64,000 bases of DNA from Mizuhopecten yessoensis (lineage: Eukaryota): NCBI RefSeq assembly GCF_002113885.1, contig NW_018408713.1:2386908-2450907 (forward strand). Direction: 5' to 3'. This document shows, in pieces, positions 1-12,200 of the stretch (within the stretch, counting starts at the first letter, position 1; each line of letters opens with the position of its first letter). A model generated the notes under the pieces. It worked only from the letters and a program-made list of their open reading frames with translations, ran no database searches and had not been told where the DNA came from. The translations under genes were made by a program, and so were the position numbers.

Positions 1-199
1 CATCTGACATCTTACACTTACCTACATACAGTCATCTGACATCTTACACTTACCTACATACAGCCATCTGACATCTTACACTTACCTACATACAGCCATC
101 TGACATCTTACACTTACCTACATACAGCCATCTGACATCGTACACTTACCTACATACAGCCATCTGACATCGTACACTTACCAACATACAGCCATCTGA
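1..199. repeat. 32-bp tandem repeat (at least 6 copies, truncated by the window edge) built from the ANAPC4 exon end plus donor
   Basis: Unit catctgacatcttacacttacctacatacagc; the last copy overlaps exon 182-237. Confidence 0.95.
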
Positions 200-237
200 A
201 GAAAGCCTTGAAGTTCTTTATACTGTTATCAATTACT
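182..237 (-). CDS. ANAPC4: ANAPC4 exon (VIDNSIKNFKAFFRWLYV)
   Basis: ttacag acceptor, TTG|gtaagt donor, 56 nt. Confidence 0.95.
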
Positions 238-3200
238 CTGTAATATAAGGAATAAAATTATTCTTAAATTATGATCAACTGTTGTTTGTTTTACAGGTAG
301 ACAATTCATCATTATAGGTCACCAAATCAAACAAGAAAACAACAGGGGCAGGATTATATAATATATTATGCCTATCCAATGCCATGTACAGATTTTGTTG
401 AACTTCTAATTTAGCCTTTCTCTTAGTATATGCTGATGTAACAGACTCACTGCTGTATTTCTGACGTTTTCAGGACAAAAGATCCCACAGCAGTGACAGC
501 CTCCTGGATCTTCTGTGTGTGCATACCGAGGACTCCAAACTTTTCGTACCATGCTGACATCCCCCGTAGGTCACTCAGGTGGTAAAGCATTGCCTGACTC
601 ACCCTGTAAGAGGTGGAATATAATCTAGTTTCTTTATAACTGATAATATTCCTTGTAGTTTAATTTTGCACTTTTCATGGTAGTTAAAATGTGCAAAAGC
701 AACATTTCCCAAAAAAATGTAAAAATCTCAGATTGATAAAGGGCTATATAGACTATAAAATGTCTTGACTCGTGCACTTTACAGAATTTATCAGCCAAAT
801 TAAGGATCCCTGTCCCACTGCACTGGGATTTTTCTTTATACAGTTACCTTCCCTTAACATCTGTTTGGACATCACTGTAGTACAGTTTCGCCAGTACACT
901 GACCAACTAGCTCAATCAGTTAGAGCGATAACATAACAATCTGAGGTCAAGGGTTAAATTCCCTGTCTAGCCCAGCGGTTTGGTTTTTACACTCAAAATA
1001 CTGTTGAATATATTTTGTTTATTTCATCTTTATTATTTCTCATAAAAGTCTCAAAAAGGTATGGTTTTCTTTTCGGAAATGATTTATCAAAGTTATAGCC
1101 ATGCAGGAAAAAACAGTTTCCAACACTTTGTTACAGTTTTTGGCAGTGGTACCAGGATCATTAAGTGTAAAAAATTAATGACAAAATTCTTTTTTTTTTA
1201 AATAATTAAATCCATTATGCCATACAAGTAGTTCTAATAGTAGTTCTGCTATTGTGTAAACATATACATTACAATAAACGGTTTTCATTGATTTACAATG
1301 CACATGTGTGTCATTGTTTTTATTATTTTGTACAGTTTTGAGGAAAATGGAGGAGAAAAAGGATAGTTCCCTATGTTAAAGCAGCCTTGGGTAAAACAGT
1401 CAAGGATATCCTCCAGGGGGGAGATTGATCTGTAGGAAAGATCATATTAGCTCTGAGGTATAACCCAGTTATCTGTTTCTAATCCCATGCTACATTTTTT
1501 TATTAGAAGGAAATTAAAGCATGTTGTAAAAGTGACAACCAGCAAACACAATCATAACAATGTCTCTACAACAAATTTTCATAAACATAAAACCTATTGT
1601 AGTGATACTGAAATTGTTTTTACTATTTTATGTATCAACCACAGTATCTTACTTTGAAAATTGACTGTACAATCAAACCTCAGTATTTATCATTGAGAAG
1701 CCAATAAAGTCAGTTCTTATTGCAGGTTCAGCTTACAGGAAAACAACAGCAATGGAGATTTTTAAAAGTGGTCTCTTAATACAAGTTCAGCTAACAGGAA
1801 ATTAAAGCTATGGAGATTTAAAAAGTGGTTTCTTTATACAAGTTCAGCTAACAGGAAAATAACAGCATTGGAGATTTTTAAAAGTGGTCTCTTAATACAA
1901 GTTCAGCTAACAGGAAAATAACAGCATTGGAGATTTTTAAAAGTGGTCTCTTAATACAGGTTCAGCTAACAGGAAAACAACAGCAATGGAGATTTTAAAA
2001 GTGGTCTCTTAATACAGGTTCAGCTAACAGGAAAACAACAGCAATGGAGATTTTAAAAGTGGTCTCTTAATACAAGTTCAGCTAACAGGAAAATAACAGC
2101 ATTGGAGATTTTTAAAAGTTGTCTCTTAATACAAGTTCAGCTAACAGGAAAATAACAGCAATGGAGATTTTTAAAAGTGGTCTCTTTATACAAGTTCAGT
2201 AAACAGGAAATTAAAGCTATGAAGATTTAAAAAGTGGTTTCTTTATACAAGTTCAGTAAACAGGAAATTAAAGCTATGGAGATTTAAAAAGTGGTTTCTT
2301 AATACAGGTTCAGCTAACAGGAAAAAAACAGCAATTGAGATTTTTAAAAGTGGTCTCTTTATATGGGTGTCTTTTGATAACAGTGGTCTCTGAAATATGA
2401 CAGTACCTACAAATGGTATCTAATTTTTGCTATATACAATAGAGACATTAACTAATTCGCCCCTGAAATTTCATAATGAACTATTCCAACCTCTGAATTG
2501 GAAGAGTTCAAATGAGTCTTCAGGGGTGAATGAGTTGATACGCCTGCCATACTTACACTTGTAGGTGCTGAACCACCAGTTTCTGTATGTTGGAGTAAGA
2601 CGTCTCTATGGAGTGGCCCAGGTTCTTCAGACCCTTAGTAAGTGAAACAATTACTCATTTACTTTTTTATGAAACACTTTGCCAGACTTCTGGGCTACCA
2701 ATCAAGAAAGAGTTCACACTTAAGTCCATTATTAAGTCCAAGTATTTCTTTATTTCTTCTTGGAAAAGCCTTGGTTCTGACCCAAATTCCAATCACTCAT
2801 GTAGAACATACATTTATCACATAACTGACCCATTTTACTATGTCATACGGTCATGTCATAAATATGGTAATACTCACGTGTAATAAAACCTAAAGGTGCT
2901 TCGATTGGTCAAAACCGTGGGAACATATTCCTACGCCACTACAGGTACTACTTTTATTTACTCTACCACATGATATTCCGTCTTTTCGTATTGCAGAGTT
3001 ATCTGCTCTTATCTGAGCAGGTATTGATTGTTTTGTCATTGGTTTGTGAGAGTAACGTCATCAATTTTTGAAAAAACAACGTAATTTTCACACACAAACC
3101 AATGACGTAGCAATCAATACCTGCTCACAAGAGAAGATAACTCTGCAAAATACAAAGACTGAATATTTACTGCTATTTTAAATGAATTTGAAATGTTTAT

Positions 3201-6200
3201 TTCGTCATTATTATAATTATTTTCATCGCATTTAAAACTGTTCATTACTAAACGAAAACCAGAACTACTTTGCACTGCGCAGAATGACAATACTATGATC
3301 GGAGTACTTTGGTTTTGACCTATATTGAGTCAGCTAATATCATATATTTTTTTTAGATTTGTTTCCAAAATATGAATTTAGTGTGAAAAAGACTCTTACA
3401 TTCGTGTCCATGTCATATTGAATTCATTAAATCTGTTCAATAATTTGCTATAAAACTTGCCTAAGGGCTCGTGTCATATCAAATTATTGAACTCGTTTAA
3501 TGAATTCAATATGACATGGACATTCATGTAAGATCCTCAATATCCTACACATGATGGACTTTATTTCAGTATTCTTTCCTACATGTGTGTGTAAATCCAA
3601 GCTATCTCATGTAAGAACACCAAGTTATGGCTTTATCATGACACCGTGCTACAAACATCATATGTCCTTTTAACCTCGCTGCCATCCCTGTGAGTATCAG
3701 ACTTTCTACTCAATATATAGACTATTACATTATCTATTGGAAATGAATGAGACTCTCTTTCATTCATGTATATTGAAGATTGGAAAATTATGAATGGCGA
3801 GTTCTTCCCTCAGAAAGCTTTGAGGTATTGCTCCAACATCTAAATAATTATATCCTTATCACAAACCTTTTCTGTGAGCTCATGGAGTAGGAAAGCTTGA
3901 AGTTCAGGACTGAAAAAAAAAAGGGAAATAAAGTTACTGGTATTTTATAGTTTTGAGAAAGAGTCAGTCTTAAATACTATTTTTTCTTGGAAGTTGTTTT
4001 TTGCCAGCTGGATTTTTTTTTTTTTAAACACAGTGTACCAGGCCCAAGGATCATGAAACAATCTTAAGCCTAAAGTTGACTTCAGTTTGGACTTAGCCAA
4101 TCACAAATAACGTCATGAAAAGTGACGTCATACGTGATAAGCTAAGCAAACATTTAAGTCTAAGATTGTTTCATGATCAAGGGGCCAGGTGTCTTTTAGA
4201 AATTTAGAAATTCAATAACTGAAGTTAGATAAAAAGAATTAACAACTGTCATACATTTCTACCAAAACTTATTCAAACTGTTAACAAAAGAGGCCTCTAT
4301 TTTGTTGTCGACAATTTGCATATGATGTCACCTTGTTTTTCCGTCTTTGCGTATTGCAGAGTTATCTTCTCTTGTTAACAGGTATTGATTGTTACGTCAT
4401 TGGTTTGTGAGAGTAACATCATCAATTGTTGAGAAAACGATGTAATTTTCTCACACAAACCAATGACGTAACAATCAATACCTGCTCACAAGAGAAGATA
4501 ACTCTGCAATACGCAAAGACGGAATAGATGCTCTAATGTGATGTCATATTTGAATGTCATGAGGTCAAAATGCCTGGTCACAACTTCTCCTGATATAGCC
4601 AATGAAATAGCTTCATACATGTGTTCAATGGTTATGCTTATTAACACATGGCCTGAACATGACATGACAAACGCAAATTATCATAGAAAGAATTTTACCG
4701 TACTAAAACACTGTCATCAAAAGTTAGATTACCAGCAGTAAAAAATCCTTGATATTACCGTACAAACACAACCTGTCAGTACCTGGGAGTGCCAAACATT
4801 AACAGCTCCAGGAAGTCATTGCTCACTGTACTGGTGCCAGTCTTCTGACAATACAAAGATGAAATAATGGCATTAAGGAAAATATTTACAGATTACACAC
4901 ACATCAATAAATTTTGAGATTTATTTAAGTTTTCATACATATAGTTACATGATAGTAAGTTCTGGGTCAGTATTGAAAATAGAGATACAAAATGTACAAG
5001 ATTGTAACATCATTACCAGAAATCAAAATCTTACGTTTTTATTATTTACTGAATTAAGTACAGCTTCTGTATTTAAGATATTCTGTATATCAGTTACAGT
5101 GATGATTATCTTCAAATATAAGTTTTTTTGGTGTTTTTTTCATATAATAAAGTCTTTTACAGTTACTGTGAAGCTTTTTTTTGTCATGTTAATGCGTGCA
5201 AGACCGATTGTTGTGATTACCAGGGCAGGTAAGATTTTGTAATAATGGTGCAAGAATTGAATATCTACAATATTCACAGCCGAACATGAAACAGGATTTG
5301 TTGACTTTTTGTCTACGATACACACAACAGAAAAATAGAGGAGGGAGAGCGTACAAGAATGTGGGCATTAGTTAAGTTGAATGAAGTGAAGTAGTTATAT
5401 TGTATTTACCCTTTTTTCTCCAGCAAATTTAAGGAGTTTTGAGTCCATTTCCATGAGGATATCTTCCCACGCCTCGGACATCTGTTGAATGGTCTGCTGT
5501 AGGTACTGTAGAAAATCAAGTTGTAAGTTAAGACCATGCTTAAAAGTGGGTTGTTTGCAGTTTCCCAACCAACTCACGGAAGATGGCACCAACTCAAACT
5601 GTTTTTTGGAACATTTGGTAAACATTTTATTTTGCTGAAAAATCAGTGAAACTTAAGGTTTTCATAAAGATAATTATGAGATTTCTGAAAAAAAATAAAC
5701 TAGATGTATACTTCATGAATACCCCCACTTTGATTGATCAGGAATTGGTGGAAGTGATGGGCATGTGGATTGGAAGAATCAAATGAAGAGTTTATAAGCT
5801 GCAAAAATTTGCACTGAAGGTGGTTTGATACATGATAACGTAGTAATGGTAGAGGTCACAGTGACCTACATATGGTATTCGACACACTGCCTTCCATGCA
5901 TGTACCCACAAACCAAGATTCATAACCATAGGTGAAATAGTACAGGAGATTAGCCCCAGAAACCTTTCTGACGACATTATGTAGGTCAGAGGTCACAGTA
6001 GAGGTCACAGTGACCTACATATGGTACGCAACACACCGCCTTCCATGAATGTACCCACAAACCAAGATTCATAACCGTAGGTGAAATAGTACAGGAGATA
6101 TGCTCCGGAAACCTTTTGGACGGACGGATAGACAAAGCAACCACTATATACCCCCGACTTCGTTGAAGCGGGGGTATAACAAATCTATCTATCCTAAAAT

Positions 6201-9200
6201 GTGATTAGGGAAACTGTAAACAAACAATTTTTTAAAGATGGCCTTAATTTCTATATGGTTTGTTGCAGATATTGTGTGATTTGTTTATGGGTGGCTGCAT
6301 GGCACAATGAAAAGCACCTTCGTCTTTCACCAAGACGGCTGTTTGTTCAATTCGTTGAGCTGGAAAGGGTATCGGGTCACCTGACCGACCAAGTGGGTTT
6401 TCTCTGGGTATTCTGGTTTCCTCCAACATAAAGACCCTCTGCGCTATCATCTGAGCTAACAAGAGTGATTAATATAAGTTGATGAATTTATTTCTTTATT
6501 CTTGTAATATAAATTAAAGGTTGTTTTTTTTGGGGGGGGGGTTGTGGCAGGGCTTAAAACATAGCGTGAGCTTATTTTACAATGAGAAGTACGGAAACAA
6601 AGAACCTACCCCAATTAAAGTGGCTATTTGTCCACACTTCAGAGCCAGGATGCGCAGTTCTTGGTATCGTGATGACAGCAGTCTTGTGTCAAACTGTGGA
6701 AACATGAATAGAGTCAACAAAAGTCTATGGGGTCAGCATTACTCACCATTTCTGCTATCTGAAAACTTAATCGGATGGTGGCCATCTTGGATTTATTATC
6801 GACTTAGCAATTAACAAAACTTTAGCACATGCAATGGGATGGACATTTTGTAGAACTTGTGAATTAACTCAAAATGTCTGAACCAGTCAAGGGTCATGGC
6901 ATGCACATTGAATTATTGAATTGTATACCTGACCTCATGGGCTATACTTTTCTTTTATACAGATTTATATTCACTTGGCTCGCAGTTGATTCATACAAAT
7001 TAAAGTTAAAAGATGTCAAATTAAATCAAAGGAGCAGACTTTCAAAGATTTCCCATTTCACCCCAGGTGCTACCTGACCTTTCCCTACTTACAGTCATGA
7101 TAACCTGACCTTCCCCTACTTAGTCATGATAACCTGACCTTCCCCTACTTACAGTCATGATAACCTGACCTTCCCCTACTTACAGTCATGATAACCTGAC
7201 CTTCCCCTTCTTACAGTCATGATAACCTGACCTTCCCCTACTTACAGTCATGATAACCTGACCTTCCCCTACTTACAGTCATGATAACCTGACCTTCCCC
7301 TACTTACAGTCATGATAACCTGACCTTCCCCTACTTACAGTCATGATAACCTGACCTTCCCCTACTTACAGTCATGATAACCTGACCTTCCCCTACTTAC
7401 AGTCATGATAACCTGACCTTCCCCTACTTACAGTCATGATAACCTGACCTTCCCCTACTTACAGTCATGATAACCTGACCTTCCCCTACTTACAGTCATG
7501 ATAACCTGACCTTCCCCTACTTACAGTCATGATAACCTGACCTTCCCCTACTTACAGTCATGATAACCTGACCTTCCCCTACTTACAGTCATGATAACCT
7601 GACCTTCCCCTACTTACAGTCATGATAACCTGACCTTCCCCTACTTACAGTCATGATAACCTGACCTTCCCCTACTTACAGTCATGATAACCTGACCTTC
7701 CCCTACTTACAGTCATGATAACCTGACCTTCCCCTACTTACAGTCATGATAACCTGACCTTCCCCTACTTACAGTCATGATAACCTGACCTTCCCCTACT
7801 TACAGTCATGATAACCTGACCTTCCCCTACTTACAGTCATGATAACCTGACCTTCCCCTACTTACAGTCATGATAACCTGACCTTCCCCTACTTACAGTC
7901 ATGATAACCTGACCTTCCCCTACTTACAGTCATGATAACCTGACCTTCCCCTACTTACAGTCATGATAACCTGACCTTCCCCTACTTACAGTCATGATAA
8001 CCTGACCTTCCCCTACTTACAGTCATGATAACCTGACCTTCCCCTACTTACAGTCATGATAACCTGACCTTCCCCTACTTACAGTCATGATAACCTGACC
8101 TTCCCCTACTTACAGTCATGATAACCTGACCTTCCCCTACTTACAGTCATGATAACCTGACCTTCCCCTACTTACAGTCATGATAACCTGACCTTCCCCT
8201 ACTTACAGTCATGATAACCTGACCTTCCCCTACTTACAGTCATGATAACCTGACCTTCCCCTACTTACAGTCATGATAACCTGACCTTCCCCTACTTACA
8301 GTCATGATAACCTGACCTTCCCCTACTTACAGTCATGATAACCTGACCTTCCCCTACTTACAGTCATGATAGAGAACTCCTGTTCCTGTGAGTCGTCTTT
8401 TGACAGCTCTATCACCGTGGAAACCAAGTGAAGGTCCTGAGATATCTCAGCACTATGTATTTGTTTCAGCTAGAAGAAATTTAAAAAAAAAAAGTTTTTT
8501 ACACATTTTGTTATTGCATGAAATAATATATTTTGTCAAGTGTATCAGGAAATGTAACAAATTATATTTGTTTAATCACTCAGCTATAATTTTCAGTACC
8601 AGGACTGATTTTCAAGTTGTCAATATATACTCCAGTGACATGAATATGTATTCATCTGGCGAGTGTTGCAGGGGAGACACCTCTTTGACTTTAGTAGACG
8701 TGATATTCTCTTACCCTGGACGGGTGTATCCACAATTTTACAAGGTTGAGACAGGGGGATTCCCCTATTCATAACAATGGTATGACGTCACGTCAACAAT
8801 ACAACGGAGAATTATTCTTATGTTGCCAAACACTTGGCCTAGTCTCGTGTTTGACAACTTAAGAATCTTCCCCTTCAGGTTGAGATTCCCCTATCTCGCA
8901 CCCAAGCGCCCACAATACATTGTGATGTCAAAATACACAACATCAGCCCAGAATGGGAAAATAGTGTCTGGGTAAGGTTTGAAATGAATAAAAGGAGGCA
9001 ACACACATGTATGAGGTATAATATACATTCTTAATATGTAGAATATTCTGGACATCTCAATAAACAAGTATCCTGGTTCCATTGAATAAAGTCAAACTAA
9101 TGAGATATTTTTCTTCGACACTTACCTGTGCATCATGTGCAGGTTTTCTTAGCCACTTACCTGTGCATCATGAGCAGGTGTGACTACTGTGTCACCAATG

Positions 9201-12200
9201 GGATACACACCATATGCAAACATGTGTAACTCCTTCGCACAGCCCGCAAGCAACAGATTCAGTCTAGAAAAAAAATATGGCTGTTTGAAAACAATGTCAG
9301 TTTCCAAAATTCATTCTTTAACTTAGAAACCTCATTAAAAAGACATGTTTTCTAAAACAAGATTTCACAGTATGATGATGAATGTTTTCATCATATTTAA
9401 TGTACTTGTACTTCAGAGAAATCTGTTGAAATACAAGTATATTGAGAAATGTTGATGTTTCAGAGGAAAAGAATATATTGTATTGGACAGCAAATAAGAT
9501 CCCACGCGCAAATAAGCCCCCTCTCCACTTTGGCAATTGTCTTGGACACAGGGTTGGTGCCTGCAATTAAGCCTCCTCCCTAATTTGTCTCTCTCTTAAA
9601 AAATATGTATGTTAATTTTTGTCTCTGAATATAAGCAAATTTACTACCTGGATGTTGGTTGTTATTTTTACAACATGAACTACTGTAAGTACATGATATG
9701 TAGTGTGGTCATAGATAAAAACAGTGGTATATCCAAGATGACAGACATTTGTGAACAGGGGGGAAACCCGCAGTTAAGCCCCCTCCTTACTTTTGGTCAA
9801 TCTGTTTTCACTAGGGGTGGAGGTTTATTTGTGGATAAAATACTGAATCATTCTCATGTGAACCAAAATGAAACCCTTAACACAAGGGTATGAGAAACTG
9901 ATCTGAACCTATCACATCTGTGTGAATCACTGATGAATACATAGAAAGCACACATCTATGTCAAGAGGAATGAAATATGACAAGGAAATCTTAAACAAGG
10001 GGTAGGAGAAAAAGATTCTCACACTCCTGTGTGATGGTCATGTACAAGATGCTGTCAAGGAAGAGAACCTTAATGAATGATGCAGAGAAACTTTAAATTG
10101 CAATTCTTAATTTTTTTGGGTGATGTAAAAAGGTATTTTATTAGTGAATCAAAAACAAAACGTTCAAGTCAAAAAGTGAACAGACATGACATTAAATTTA
10201 ACTAAATTTGGTAATTTTTAAAAATGTTGTATGTCAGAAAATGTTACAATGATAATAAGAATATCATAAGGGTAAGCATTGTATGTAGTTTGAGGTTTGC
10301 TGACATCTACAAATGTTATGTAGCTCTGCATCACCAGTAAAACTCAATTTGTAATTATTTCACAGAATACACCCACATATATCTATATGAATACATAGGG
10401 GAGGGTGGGGGTTATTTGGTGTAAATTGCTTACAATTAATATTCCTAACAAATATGAAATCTGATGACAATAAATTTTCCTGAAAATGGTGTGATCTTAA
10501 TTGTGAGGTATGTAAGGTCACCTGAAAAAAGCGACATTTTCGACATTTTTGGTAACCCATATTTATATATGAAAATTTGCAGGGTTTAAATTTCACAATG
10601 AACTGAAATTTTTTAGGTCAATGTTATAGCAAAACTAACGTATGTAGGAAATGTATGCAGTATACATAACCAATCCCAGTGAGCCTTTATAAACACCTAA
10701 TGGCACAGATATTAGACAGAAAAAAAAACTTTGTTTAGTTTCGCCAAATCTACTTAAAATACTTACTCCTTTTGGTCATTCAGCTTTTTACTATCTTCAA
10801 CATTTTCTTCTCTGAGACAGAAAATACATGTTACAAACAGAAGTGTCCCAAAGACAAACATGTTTATCATTAGACTACATAGGATTGAGCATTTAATTTG
10901 GACAAAATAAGACCAGTCATGAATTTGAGTCCTGGTGAAAACCACGTTAATACAAAAAAGCAAGTTTGCAAAATTAAGTTTCAGTAAAACATGAATCATG
11001 TACCACTAGATGGGCAAATTTACAATAAAACATGGAAATTATGTGTTAAGATATTAATGTCATAGTAAATAAACAGGTAGCTGTGTCATACTTACACAGA
11101 TGCTCCCTTTGATAAAGTTCCATAACTGAAACACAAAATTGTGGATTATGAGATTATCTCCCCTTATCAAAATATTGTCTATTCAATAAGACTTCTTTCA
11201 CTGGGAACAAGTTACCAGCTCATTGATAAGTTGAAAATCATCATCAATATTTTATGATTTAATGATTAATCAAATTTTATTAACGAATACAGTATTTACT
11301 TTAACATTCCATGCCCTAAACAAAAAGATTATGGCGGAAAAAATATTTTGACATTTCTGTTGCCGTAGCCTATCGATAAATCTACAAGCAAAAAAAGGTT
11401 CAATAAACTTATAACAGCAAGAAATATTACACATGAATGTTTTCCAGTCAGCAACAGTACTTCTGTCATTACTGTTAAAGCTATATTGGCACAGGTGTGG
11501 CATGACATCAAATTCAAAATTATGCAGAAATTCCAAAATGGTATTTGAGTGTTTACTATCACCAGATTGTGGTTAGTGCACACTTTCTAGTGTTCTTTCA
11601 AACATGTCAGCAATTCATTTACCAAGTCCAAATTGCTAGGGATGTCACAATAGGCCTGGAGTGTATCACAATATATTGCAATACAGAAAACGATACAAAA
11701 AGCTCTATTGTCAGAAGGGAAAGTCAGGGGGTTTTCTTACAAAGAGCTTAATTTAAACAGTACTAGTAACACCAGTAGCTTGCTTTGTGGCTGTCAGAAC
11801 ATGAGACTGTGTAGTACATATGTAAAAACAAAATTAAAACACCTAAAAGATACAAATAATAAGAATAAAAAAAAAGTAATACGATAATGTGCATATTCCA
11901 ATATACCAGTTTTTCTATATATGTTGGACAGTCCTACAAATCGCTATTCATAAAAGATATTTTACATGTTTATTTGAGCGGAACTCTTTCTGGAAGGAGG
12001 TGTCATAGTTAGACAGCCTTAAACCTTTATCTACCTTTTGTTTAACGGCTGTAATTTTGGAAGGTATAGTGAGGCATTATCATCTTCATACGGGTCTGGG
12101 GACCAGGTGGTTCCCTCCGGCAAAGACTGTGTGATCCAGCTCATACAGGTTACCTCGCCTGGAAGTTCCAACGTTGTGAGGACTTCAGAGTTTTCTATGT

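Noticed and set aside
900-975. tRNA gene
   Set aside because: Degenerate B-box, no clean cloverleaf, and embedded in a MITE.
11270-11583. Possible Merlin/ISXO2 transposase remnant (TVADWKTFM)
   Set aside because: Only one short motif, with no catalytic residues or TIRs; too weak to call.
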